A DNA stretch of 64,000 nucleotides from an uncultured Actinomycetes bacterium (lineage in GTDB: Bacteria; Actinomycetota; Thermoleophilia; Solirubrobacterales; 70-9): contig CAWKMK010000006.1 in NCBI GenBank assembly GCA_963850735.1, forward strand, positions 26,800 to 90,799, read 5' to 3'. The notes under the pieces are model-generated. The model saw only the letters and a program-made list of their open reading frames with translations, did not search any database and was not told the DNA's origin. Each line of letters opens with the position of its first letter. The stretch's first letter is position 1. Shown one piece after another: positions 32,871-43,400 of this stretch. Both the position numbers and the translations under genes were made by a program.

Positions 32871-34883
32871 ATGTTCGTCTCCAAGGCCGCCGTCGTCGGC
32901 GGCGGCACCATGGGCGGCGAGATCGCGCAGGCGATCGCCGCCGCCGACATCCCGGTCGTCGTCAAGGACATCGACCAGAAGTTCGTCGACGCCGCGCTCG
33001 AGAAGGCCCGCGCGCGTCACCGAGGGCCAGCTCGCCCGCCTGGTCAAGAAGGAGAAGCTGACCCAGGAGCAGGCCGACGCCCGGCTCGCCGAGGTGATGG
33101 GCAACGTCACCGGCACCACCTCGCTACGAGGAGTTCGGCGACGTCGACTTCGTGATCGAGGCGGTGCCGGAGAAGATGGCGATCAAGCAGGCGGTCTTCC
33201 GCGAGCTCGACGCCGCCACCCCCGGCCACGCGATCCTCTCCTCCAACACCTCCTCGCTCTCGATCACCGAGATCGGCGAGGCGACGCTGCGCGCCCGACA
33301 AGGTCGTCGGCTTCCACTTCTTCTACCCGGCCTCGATCATGCCGCTGGTCGAGGTGATCGTCGGCGAGGACACCTCGCAGGAGACCGCGACCGCCGCCTA
33401 CAACTTCGCCCAGGCGATCAAGAAGCAGCCGATCGTCTGCGGCGAGGTCCCCGGCTTCGTCGTCAACCAAAGTCCTGATGGCGACGATGGGGGAGATCTG
33501 GCGCGCCCAGGAGGAGCAGGGGCTCTCGCTGAAGGCGATCGACGAGGCGATCGCGGGGGCGAAGCTGGCGCCGATGGGGCCGTTCTTCCTCACCGACCTG
33601 CTCGGCCTCGACACCGTGCTGCCACGTCGCCGAGCACCTCAACGACTCCTACGGCGAGAGCTTCTACGTCCACAAGGGCCTGCAGGGCCTGGTCGCCGAC
33701 GGCAAGCTCGGCGTCAAGAGCGGCGGCGAGGGCTTCTTCAAGGACGGCGAGCAGAACATCCCCGGCGACGCCGAGCCCGACGCCGAGGAGCTGGTGGCGA
33801 TGTTCAGCTGCCGCGCGCTGATCGAGGCCTGCCTGCTGGTCGAGGAAGGCGTCTGCTCGGTCCGCGACATCGACCTCGGGATGATGACCGGCGCCGGGCT
33901 CGACCCGCGCAAAGGCCTGCTGCCGCCGTTCTGGAAAGCCGACGTCGAGGGCCTCGACAAGGTGCTGGAGACGATGGAGCAGCTGGAGGAGAAGCACGGC
34001 GAGCGCTTCGCGCCGCCGGTCACCCTCAAGCGGCTCGTCGCCCAGGGTCGCCTCGGGCTCGCCACCGGCCAGGGCTTCTACCCCTACCCGCAGCCCGACG
34101 AGGGCGAGCAGGCCGAGACGGTGAAGCTGGAGACCCGCGGCGACGTCGCGATCGCCTGGCTCGCCAACCTGCCGATGAACGCGGTCTCGCCCGCAGGTGA
34201 TCCGGGACCTGGAGACGGTCTGGGAGCGGGTCAAGGCGGACGACGGCGTCGGGGCGATGGTGATCGCCTCCTCGGTCCCGATCGTCTTCTCGGCCGGCGC
34301 CGACATCAAGGCCTTCACGCACGATGGACGAGGCGAGCGGCGAGGAGCTGATCAACACGCGCCCACGCGCTGTTCGCGCGACTTCGGCGAGGCACGCGTG
34401 GTCGACGATCGCCGCGGTCAACTCGATCGCCTTCGGCGGCGGCTGCGAGCTGGCGATGGCCTGCGACGTGCGGATCGCCGCCGAGGCGGCGGTCTTCGGC
34501 CAGCCCGAGATCAAGCTGGGGATCATCCCCGGCTTCGGCGGCACCCAGCGCCTGCCGCGCCTGGTCGGTCAGAACAAGGCGCTGGAGATGAACCTGGTCG
34601 GCGACGCGATCCTCTCCGAGGAGGCGCTGGAACTGGGCCTCGTCAACCGCGTCGTCCCCGACCACGAGCTGTTCGAGACGGCGCTGATGTGGGGCCGCAA
34701 GCTGGCCGGCCAGGCGCCGGTCGCGGTCGAGCAGATCAAGTCGGTCTCCGCACAAGGGCGACCTCGACGAGGGCATCGAGGCCGAGAAGCAGGGCTTCGC
34801 CGCCGCCTTCGGCAGCGAGGACGCGAAGGAGGGCATCGGCGCCTTCCTCGGCAAGCGCACGCCCGAAGTGGAGCGGCAAGTAG
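32871..34883 (+). CDS. Bifunctional 3-hydroxyacyl-CoA dehydrogenase / enoyl-CoA hydratase (FadB-like), many frame changes
   Basis: NAD site AVVGGGTMGGEIAQ (32871..). Also ILSSNTSSLSITEI, and FHFFYPASIMPLVEVI (33339..). The crotonase part has VFSAGADIKAF and AVNSIAFGGGCELAMACDVRIA (34324..). The pieces lie in at least six listed ORFs. Confidence 0.85.
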
Positions 34884-35636
34884 CGACGCGCGAGGTGGCG
34901 CGACTGGCCGAGCTGCTCGGCCGAGTCGCGCCGCGCCGTCGCCCTGACCGGGGCCGGGGTCTCGGTGCCCTCCGGGATCCCCGACTTCCGCACCCCGGAG
35001 ACGGGGCTGTGGGCGAACGTCGACCCGATGGAGGTCGCCCACATCGACGTCTTCGAACGCGACCCGGCGCGCTTCTGGTCCTACTACCGGCCGCGCTTCC
35101 AGTCGCTCGGCGACAAACGAGCCGAACCGCGGCCCACGAGGCGCTGGCCGAGCTCGAGCGGCGCGGGCTGATCGAGGGCGTGATCACCCAGAACATCGAC
35201 CGCCTGCACCGGGCGGCGGGCTCGCGAGAACGTGATCGAGGTGCACGGCTCGATCGAGACCTCGTCCTGCACTCGCTGCGCAGCCGGCTTCGAGCTCGAC
35301 GAGGTCGACGAGCTCTTCGACGAGCGACGGGGTGGCGATCTGCACCGCCTGCGGCGGCCCCGTCAAACCCGACGTCGTCCTCTTCGGCGAGATGCTGCCG
35401 CTGAGCGGCGATCGCGCGGGCGACCGAACTGGCCGAGGGGGCCGAGCTGATGCTCTGCGTCGGCTCCTCGCTGGCCGTCCACCCGGTGGCCGGGCTGCCG
35501 CAGCTGACCCTCGAAGCGCGGCGGCCGGCTGGCGATCGTCACCAAGGGCGCGACGCCCTACGACGACGACGCCGAGCTGAAGCTGGACGGCGAGGTCGAC
35601 GAGGAGCTGGCGGCGCTCGTCGACGCCTTGGGCTGA
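34868..35636 (+). CDS. cobB: NAD-dependent protein deacylase (sirtuin, CobB type), frameshifted
   Basis: ALTGAGVSVPSGIPDFRTPETGLW (34965..), ITQNIDRLH, Zn ribbon CTRC...CTACGG, LMLCVGSSLAVHP. Stop is TGA at 35634-35636. GTG 34868 is a tentative start. Confidence 0.8.
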
Positions 35637-35660
35637 GCGGCTCCTCGCCCGGGCCTGCGC

Positions 35661-35888
35661 CTAGAACTTGACGCCCTGCGTCCTGCAGTCGGCGACGATC
35701 GTTTCGGCCCGGGCGCCCTCGAAGCCCGCTGCGTGGGTGCAGACCTCAACCGCTTCCTGACCGCAGGCGCTGATGGTTTCCGCGCCGACGATCCCGGCGA
35801 CCTGCGAGCGGATGCAGCCTTGGGCCGGACCCGGGTTGCTGTCGCCGACCGTGAAGAGGACGACTGCGAGCATCGCGACCAGGGTCAC
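35661..35888 (-). CDS. Small hypothetical secreted/anchored cysteine-containing protein
   Basis: 75-aa ORF with a hydrophobic N-terminus (LVAMLAVVLFTV) and 4 Cys. It lies in an intergenic gap with no competing gene. Confidence 0.35.
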   Translation of the reverse strand: MTLVAMLAVVLFTVGDSNPGPAQGCIRSQVAGIVGAETISACGQEAVEVCTHAAGFEGARAETIVADCRTQGVKF

Positions 35889-36146
35889 GACCAGGTGCCC
35901 GAAGGCAGCCCTTCGATCTCGCGCGGGCTGAGCCTGTAGAGCGGGGTCGTCTGCCGCTCGTAATGTCCTTCCAGTGGCATCGCGGGGCCACCATATCGAC
36001 TCCCGTCGAGCCGGATCTACGCCATCCGGGCGAAGCCTGGCCGTCGATCTTTGGACAGTTGTACGTATGTGCCTTACAGGCGACGCGGCGACGAGGGTGG
36101 GGCGGTCCGGAGCTCTAGGGCTAGAAAGAAAGGAAGCACCAGTTCA

Positions 36147-37519
36147 ATGGAATAGTCTGAGCGAAGGCGCCAACTCATGGCAGATGACCGCCGCGACCCT
36201 GGTGGGCCTGATGAGCATCCCGGGGTTGGTCGTTCTCTACGGCGGCGTTATGCAGAAACGCTGGTCGGTGAACTCGATGATGATGGCGTTCGTCGCCTTC
36301 GCGATCGTGCTCGTCCTCTGGGTCCTGGTCGGCTTCAAGATGGCCTTCGGCGATCCGATCCACATCTTCGGCGACACCAGCGGCTTCTTCGGCAACATGT
36401 GGGGCAAGCCAGGGTCGATCCTGAACAGCCACAGCCTGCTGGAACAGGCGCACATCGGCGGAGCTCGCCGGAAGAAGAATTCCTCTTCCCGAAGTCGACG
36501 CTGGCGTACTTCCAGATCGTCTTCGCGGCGATCACGCCGATCCTGATGCTCGGCTCGGTGCTCGGGCCGCTTCAACTTCAAGGCCTGGATCCCGTTCGTC
36601 GCCCTCTGGACCCTGCTCGTCTACACGATCAACGCCTTCATGATCTGGGGCGGCGGCTTCTTCGCCCAGCAGGGCGCCATCGACTACTCCGGTGGCTACG
36701 TGATCCACCTCGCCGCCGGAGTCTCGGGCTTCGTCGCCGCGGCGGTGATCGGGCCGCGGCTGCAGCGTGACCGCGAGGTCGACGCCCCGAACAACCTGGC
36801 GATGGTCGCGGTCGGCGCCGGGCTGCTGTGGATGGGCTGGAACGGCTTCAACGGCGGTGACTGGTACAGCGCCGGCGAACATCGCCTCGGCCTCGGTGCT
36901 CAACACCAACCTCTGCACCGCGGTCGCCTTCCTGGTCTGGGTCGCGCTGGACTACGCTGACCGGCCGCAAGCCGAGCCTGATCGGCAGCGTCAACGGGAT
37001 GATCGTCGGCCTCGTCGCGATCACCCCCGGCGCCGGCTTCGTCAACGGCTGGGCCGCGATCATCATCGGCGTCGTCGCCTCGATCGCTCGTCTACCTGGC
37101 GCTCAACTACCTGAGCCGGGTGCGGCCGTTCCGCAACGTCGACGACACCCTCGGCGTGGTCTACACCCACGGGTTCGCCGGCGTCGCCGGTGGCCTCCTG
37201 GTCGGCATCTTCGCCAACAACCTGATGGCGGGCGAACACGAAGGCCTGATCTCCGGCGGCGGGCTGCACCTGCTCTGGGTGCCAGGCCTACACGGCCGCC
37301 TGGGTGATCGTCTTCTCGGCGATCGGCACGTTCATCCTCCTCAAGCTGGTCGGCCTGGTGGTGCCGCTGCGGATGACCGAGGAGGACATGGAGACCGGCG
37401 ACATCGCCGTCCACGGGCACGAGGTGTACCCGTCGGACGTGCCGTCTCTCGGCTACCCCGACGGCGTTCCCTCGGGGCAGGCCGCCGGCCCGCCCGCACC
37501 GGCCGGAGGTACCGCGTAG
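36147..37519 (+). CDS. amt: Ammonium transporter (Amt family), copy 1, many frame changes; start uncertain
   Basis: [24 protein letters not shown] (35974.. frame), [36 protein letters not shown] (36640..), [24 protein letters not shown] (37120..). It ends at 37519. The ATG at 36147 follows a GGAAG RBS but needs an indel to join the frame. The alternatives are 36067 and 36184. Confidence 0.8.
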
Positions 37520-37540
37520 CAGCCGGATGCCATATGTGTA

Positions 37541-37571
37541 CCGGAACCGCCCCCTCTCCTGGCGGTTCCGG
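37541..37571 (+). terminator. Hairpin downstream of amt copy 1
   Basis: CCGGAACCGCC-(9 nt)-GGCGGTTCCGG, an 11-bp perfect stem with no strong T-run. Confidence 0.45.
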
Positions 37572-37620
37572 TCTGCAACTCTGGCCTGACCCTTGTTCGA
37601 CCCCTCGGAGGCAGCCCTAA

Positions 37621-38304
37621 ATGTCACTGAAGATCATCGTTTCCTACGACGACACCGACAACGATCGCGACGCGCTGGCGCTTGGCCGTCTCCTCGCCTC
37701 CTCGGGGGCCGAGCTCTCACTCGCCTACGTCCGCCACTCCTTCGGCGAATCCCTGGAGCAGGAGCAGGCCGAGCAGCTGCTGGCGCGCGGCGCCGCCTCG
37801 GTCGGCACTCCGGAGATGCCGAAGCACGTGGTGGTGAATCCCGCCACCAGCGTCGGGCTCACCGAACTGGCCGAGCAGGAGCAGGCCGACGTGATCGTCT
37901 TCGGCTCCGAATACCGGACCGCTGCGGGCTTGGTCAAGCCGGGGATCTCGGCCCACAAACTGCTCCTGGGCGGCCCGGCGGCGATCGCCGTGGCGCCGGC
38001 CGGCTTCCACGCCGATCCCGCGCCCGGCGTCAACGTCGTCGGAGTCATCGACGAGGGCGACTCGGCCGCCCGGGGCACCGCCAACAGCCTCGCCGGCGCG
38101 CTGGGCGCCGAGGTCGCCGACCATGGCCCGGGCCGAGTCGACCTGCTGGTCGTCGGTTCTCGTCCCGAGGCACCGGACGGCAGGGTCGTCCTCAGCGCCG
38201 CCAGCGACTACGCGGTCGAGGCCGCCAACTACCCGGTGCTGGTGATTCCCCGCGGCGTGGCAGCTCGACTTCGGCTCTACGCCCCAGCCTGCCGGCTGGA
38301 CTGA
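37621..38304 (+). CDS. Universal stress protein family (tandem-Usp-like)
   Basis: 227 aa, intact. KIIVSYDDTDNDRDALALG...ADVIVFGS and a second half with LLVVGSR...PVLVIP. Confidence 0.7.
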   Translation: MSLKIIVSYDDTDNDRDALALGRLLASSGAELSLAYVRHSFGESLEQEQAEQLLARGAASVGTPEMPKHVVVNPATSVGLTELAEQEQADVIVFGSEYRTAAGLVKPGISAHKLLLGGPAAIAVAPAGFHADPAPGVNVVGVIDEGDSAARGTANSLAGALGAEVADHGPGRVDLLVVGSRPEAPDGRVVLSAASDYAVEAANYPVLVIPRGVAARLRLYAPACRLD

Positions 38305-38746
38305 CCGACGGATCACGGCCGCGACCTCGGGGTCGCGGCCGTCGATCCGCTCGCCGAGGCTCTGCAGGTCGACGCTTCGTGCCCCGTGGGTGGAGGCGAG
38401 CTCGGCCACGCGTCTTCACCGCGGAGTCGGTTTCGATCACCAGGGCGGCTGGGCCGGGCGCCGAGCCGCGGGCGTCCTGCGCCGCCCCGAGGACCCGCCG
38501 GGTGACGTCGTCGGACGCCCGCTCCGCGTTCGCCCAGCCCTGTCCGAAGGAGAGGTCGGGATTGCTCATCATCGGCCCCTCGAGGATTCGCAGATCGCAC
38601 TCCTCGGGGTCCCACTTGCGGTCGCCCAGCTCGAAGGATCGCCGCGAGAGCCACGGCTCGAGCACGGCCGCTCGCAGCTCCTCGTCGCCGAGGTTGAAGG
38701 CGCGGGCGCGCTGGAGACCGGAGCTGACCTCGACGTGGAAGGGCAT
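38192..38746 (-). CDS. Hypothetical protein (only the first ~110 aa look genuine; 3' part frameshifted)
   Basis: ORF begins MPFHVEVSSGLQRARAFNLGDEELRAAVLEPWLSRRSFELGDRKWDPEECDLRILEGP. After ~38410 the plausible continuation (AELASTHGARSVDLQSLGERIDGRDPE) is in ORF 37717..38409. I recognised no family. Confidence 0.4.
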   Translation of the reverse strand: MPFHVEVSSGLQRARAFNLGDEELRAAVLEPWLSRRSFELGDRKWDPEECDLRILEGPMMSNPDLSFGQGWANAERASDDVTRRVLGAAQDARGSAPGPAALVIETDSAVKTRGRARLHPRGTKRRPAEPRRADRRPRPRGRGRDPSVSPAGRLGRRAEVELPRRGESPAPGSWRPRPRSRWRR

Positions 38747-38784
38747 CCCCGCGACGCTAACGGTTCGGCGAATCGATAGCTGGG

Positions 38785-39453
38785 ATGATCCCGCCGATGC
38801 CCACCGCCCTGCCCGCCGCCGTCGTCTTCGACAACGACGGCCTGCTGCTGGACACCGAGTCGGTCTGGACCCGGGCTGAGGAAGACCTCTTCGAGCGCCG
38901 CGGGCTGGAGTTCACCCCCGCCGACAAGCGCGAGCTGGTCGGCACCTCGGCCGAGATCGCGGGCGGCATCCTCGAGCGGCGCCTGGGCGAGCCGGGCCGG
39001 GCGGCCGAGCTGATCGAGGAGCTGAATGTGCTCGTGGTCGCCGAGCTCGAGCATGGGGTGGAGGCGATGGTGGGTGCACGCGAGCTCCTTGAGCGCCTGC
39101 GCGAGCGCGGCACCCCGATCGGCCTCGTCTCCAACTCCCCACTGCGCTTCGTCCAGCGCTCGATCGAGATCGTCGGCCTCGAGTCCCACTTCGACGTCAT
39201 CCTCAGCGCCCACGAAGTGGCAGCCCCGAAGCCGGCCCCGGACCCCTACCTGGAGGCGTGCCGGCGGCTCGGCGTGGAGGCCGGGCCGTCCGTCGTCGCC
39301 CTCGAGGATTCCCCGACGGGAGTAGCCGCCGCCCGCGCCGCCGGCCTCACCGTGATCGGCGTCCCCTCGGTCGAGGGAATAGCCCTCGAGGAAGCCCACC
39401 ACCTGGCCGAGTCGCTACTCGACGCCGTGGTGGCCAAACACCTCTCCTTCTAA
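38785..39453 (+). CDS. HAD-superfamily hydrolase, subfamily IA (beta-phosphoglucomutase-like)
   Basis: 222 aa, intact. Motif I VVFDNDGLLLDTE, motif II GLVSNS, motif III/IV KPAPDPY...ALEDSPTGVAAARAAG. Confidence 0.85.
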   Translation: MIPPMPTALPAAVVFDNDGLLLDTESVWTRAEEDLFERRGLEFTPADKRELVGTSAEIAGGILERRLGEPGRAAELIEELNVLVVAELEHGVEAMVGARELLERLRERGTPIGLVSNSPLRFVQRSIEIVGLESHFDVILSAHEVAAPKPAPDPYLEACRRLGVEAGPSVVALEDSPTGVAAARAAGLTVIGVPSVEGIALEEAHHLAESLLDAVVAKHLSF

Positions 39454-39668
39454 GCGAGAAACGACAGCCTCGCCTGTGCATGCGGCGCTCCAATGGAGAC
39501 GCGCGCCAAGCCGTTCAACGAGATTTGCAGCGATTTCTGCTTTTCGAATCGAGCAATCCGATCCAATTTTGCCGTCATGCTCCAACTTCCTTGATCAGTT
39601 CGATTCTTCCCACTAGGAATCGTTCTCGGAAACAACTCCGGCAAATTGCCGGATCAAGGAGGAAAGAA

Positions 39669-40259
39669 ATGAGGTACGTCAAGATTTTCGGTCTGCTCGC
39701 GGTTGCCGCAGCAGCCCTAATGGCGTTCGCCGGTAGCGCGTCGGCAACGACACTCACATCGCCGCTAGGCACTACGTACACAGGCGAAATCCACGCCGAC
39801 AACGAGAACGGGCACGTCAAACTCGAAAACCCGATCGCCAAAATCGAATGCGCCTCGACAGTATCGGGCCATATCGAAAGGCACGGGACTGGGGTGACAG
39901 TCGGGGGTAAAATCACAACACTCGACTTCACCGGGTGCACAAACAGCTGGCACGTAACATCGATTGCCAATGGCGAACTCGAACTCCATTACGTCAGCGC
40001 TGGTGTCGGGACACTGACATCTACCGGCGCGAAGGTGGATACGACACGCCTCGGCGTTACATGCGTGTACCAGACGAACGAAACCCACATCGGCACGGCT
40101 ACAGATAGCAGTATCACTAAAGGAACAGCGACATTGCATGTTTCAGCAGAAATCCCGATCAACTCCACGGAAAGCAGTGGGCTCTGTGGCTCCGGGAAAG
40201 CGAAATGGGAAGGCGCCTACACGGTGACAACCCCGATGGAACTGTGGATCGACCCTTGA
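39669..40259 (+). CDS. Small secreted protein, paralog A (unknown family)
   Basis: ATG at 39669 follows AAGGAGGAAAG, within ORF 39258..40259. Signal peptide MRYVKIFGLLAVAAAALMAFAGSASA. The mature part is Thr/Gly-rich with 4 Cys. It is clearly paralogous to 47634..48206. Confidence 0.75.
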   Translation: MRYVKIFGLLAVAAAALMAFAGSASATTLTSPLGTTYTGEIHADNENGHVKLENPIAKIECASTVSGHIERHGTGVTVGGKITTLDFTGCTNSWHVTSIANGELELHYVSAGVGTLTSTGAKVDTTRLGVTCVYQTNETHIGTATDSSITKGTATLHVSAEIPINSTESSGLCGSGKAKWEGAYTVTTPMELWIDP

Positions 40260-40288
40260 TCCGAACTCCATAGCGGAGAAAGTATCGA

Positions 40289-40324
40289 GCTGAATGCGGT
40301 CGGCTGTGGTCGGCCGCGTTCAGC
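40289..40324 (+). terminator. 16-bp stem hairpin after paralog A
   Basis: GCTGAATGCGGTCGGC-TGTG-GTCGGCCGCGTTCAGC (3 G-U pairs), with no T-run. Confidence 0.45.
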
Positions 40325-40345
40325 TACTAAGTAACGGCACGTTCC

Positions 40346-40374
40346 TTGACAAAACCAGCGTTGGTGCATATGTT
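40346..40374 (+). promoter_or_regulatory. Near-consensus sigma-70-type promoter for the 1342-aa gene
   Basis: TTGACA (40346-40351), a 17-nt spacer, then TATGTT (40369-40374), about 60 nt upstream of the ATG at 40435. Confidence 0.55.
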
Positions 40375-40434
40375 GGATCTGCTTGTCAAGGCAAGTCAAG
40401 GGACATTGGGATAGAAAGCGGGGGCTGAGCGAGG

Positions 40435-43400
40435 ATGAATACCTCAGGGTTCAGGGGTTCGGTAGTTGTAATGGGATTGATCCTTGCCATGGTCGCGCCG
40501 CATGCGAGTCGTGCCGCTGAAGCGCCCCTCTTCGAATCAGATCCCACCCTTTCGCTCATAGGCAACTGCACCACCCTCGCAGTCGACCCGTTGCCAGATC
40601 CTGGCTGTAGCGGAAAACCATTGGCCTACCCACCGCCGCCTGGAGGACCCACCGGTCAGTTCGCTGAACCACGCGCAGTCGCTATCGACCGCGCCGGTAA
40701 CCAGTATGTCACGAGTTTTGCCGGTGGCGACGACGCGAAAGGGCGAGTTGACGTCTTCGACGATGAAGGGGAGTTCATCACCGAGTTCGCCGCGCCCGAC
40801 ATTCAGACGGCGGCGGTCGACAGTGAAGGAAATTTCTATGCCTTCAGGAACGACGGCGCGGTAATCCGCTACGAGCCATTGGAATACGAACCCGAAGAGG
40901 GGAAAATCGAATACGGGGACGCACCGGTGACGATTTCCACCGGTCTCTTCGTGGGCTCTGTCGCGGTCGATTCCGACGCAGCTCACCTCGATCAGGTACT
41001 GGTCGCGAGGCCAAACGAAATCACCCGCTACAAATCCGCTGCAAACGGCAACGAACTGATTGAAGGCTTTAAACCAGCCAGCCTGGGCCCTTGGCCGGAA
41101 GCGATGATTATAGATTCACAGCGCAGGCGGGTCTTCGTCGTCGCCTGCAACAGCGGGGCGGTTGAATGTGGGGTAATGGTGGTCGAAGCAGATGCTCCGC
41201 ACGCTGTCCTGAAAGTCGTGGATGGCTCGACCACTCCTGCTGGCAAATTCGCCGCTTTTTCTGGGCAGCTCCCGCTCGCCGTCGATGAAGTGACGGGTGA
41301 TCTATTTGTCGCCGAATCGTTGGCTAAAGCTATCTATCGCTTCAACGTGAGTTATGAATTCCTCTCGCAGCTTCCTTTCAGTGAACTTGAAACGGGATCG
41401 CAGATCGCCATAGGCAATGGAACGCGATCGCCTACGGCTGAACCGTGTAAACACCCGAGCCAGCCCCCCCCGCCCGCCGGCGACGCCTGCAACCGCCACT
41501 ACCTCTTCGTCACCGTCTTCAAGGGCAAAGGACGCTTAGCCGCCTTTCACCCCCCGAACCAGAAGGCGCCCGTGCTCGACGAAGTCTCGACGCAAAGCGT
41601 CGGTGGGGGAGAAGCAGAGCTTGCGGCAACGATCTTCCCCGGAGGCCTTGAAACGACCTACCACTTCGAAATCACCACTCAGGCCAACTTTGAAGCCAAC
41701 GAATGGTTGGGCGCCACCAGCCTTGGCGAAGGGACGATCTCAGCCGCGAGTCTGGCCACCCAGGTCAGTGCCTTTGCCACCGGCCTAGCCTCCGGGCAGA
41801 CCTACCGCTTCCGCGTCGTCGCCGAAAACAAACTCGGCCCCGCAGAAGGCCAGAGCGAAGCCATCTTCACTACCTACAGCGACACCCCGATCTCACCCGG
41901 CTGCCCCAACGAAGCTCTGCGGATCGGCCCCTCGGCGCTTTTGCCTGACTGTCGCGCCTATGAGCTGGTCACGCCGGCCGATACCAACGGGCGTCCCCCG
42001 AGAGGTACCGGTTTCCTCGGCAGTCTCTTCTCGACCCTGCAGAGCACTCCTTCTGGAGGCGCGGTCTCCTTTAAGATCGACGGCGGCGCTCTGCCGGGCA
42101 CCCCGGGGGTGGGCAGCTTCGAGGGAGATCCCTACGTCTCCCGGCGCACTTCCTCAGGCTGGAGCACTGCGCTCGCCGGTCCCACCGGCTCAGAAGCGCC
42201 GGTCTCGGTTCCGGCCAGCTTCTCGCCTGACCAGGGCTACTCGTTCTGGACCGCCCGCGTAGAAGGACCTTTGGTGATCGAAGGTCGCTCGACCGAATAT
42301 CTGCGCTACCCCGACGGGCACTCGGAGCTGGTCGGTCGCGGCAGCGAAGGCACCGACCCGATCGCGCTCGGCAAACTCATTACCGAGGATGGCTCCCATG
42401 TCATCTTCCAGACGTTCAACCTTGCGCCCACGGTGGCGGTCAAGCTGGAGCCCGACGCGCCGCCGACCGGCACCGAAGCGGTCTATGACCGCACCATCGG
42501 GCCCGCAGGTGAAGAGCAGACCCACACGGTCTCCCTGCTGCCCAACGACGTCACCCCCGCGGCGGGTGAAAACGCCAGCTATCTGGGTGCCTCCAAAGAC
42601 GGCGAGGGCATCGCCTTTTCAATCGGCGGCAAACTCTACCTCCGCCTCCACAACGAAACCAGCTACGCAATCGGCAAAGGAGAAGTCGAATTCGCCGGCG
42701 TCTCCGAAGGCGGCCAGCGCATCTTCTACGTCGAAAAAGGAGACCTCGAGGCCTTCGACACCTCAAGCGAAGAAGTGATCGACTTCGCCGCCACCGGCGA
42801 CGCGATCCCGGTAAACGTCGCCGAAGGCGGCACCCGCGCCTACTTCGTCTCCCCGAGCGTGCTCCCCAGCCCCGGCTCTCCGGCTGAAAATCCCCAGGGC
42901 GACACCCCCGTCCCCCCGGCAAGCGGCCAGGGCACCCTGGGGGCCAAAGGCACCGGCACCCTCTCGGCGGCAAAAGGCGAAGGCACCCTGGAAGCCGAAT
43001 CTAAAAAAGTCACCGGCGTCACGACCAGCGAAGGCACCTTCGAAAAAGGCATGCAGATCACCGGCACCGGCATCCCTGTGGGCACTACGATCAAAAAAGT
43101 CGGTGCAGGCACCCTGACGCTCTCCAAGCTCGCCACCAAAGGGGGCGCCACCCCCCTCGCCGCCGGCTCCACCCTGATCACCGGCGTCTCGACCGGCGCG
43201 GGGGAATTCCAGGCCGGGATGAAAATCACCGGCTCTGGTATCCCCGCAGGCACGACCATCAAAACCGTGGCGGGCAGCACCCTGACCCTCTCCCAGGCCG
43301 CCACCAAACCGGGCGTAGGCGTCGCCCTCACCGCCGGCTCGACCCTCATCACCGGCGTCACCACCGGCAGCGGGACCTTCCAGGTCGGGATGAACGTCAC

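Noticed and set aside
34868-35636. SIR2-domain protein as a possible defence effector (Thoeris/DSR/SIR2-HerA type)
   Set aside because: It is small (~250 aa) and has the full canonical sirtuin set (GAGVSVPSGIPDFR, QNIDRLH, CxxC...CxxC zinc ribbon). It has no partner gene and sits next to fatty-acid metabolism, so it fits a housekeeping CobB-type deacylase.
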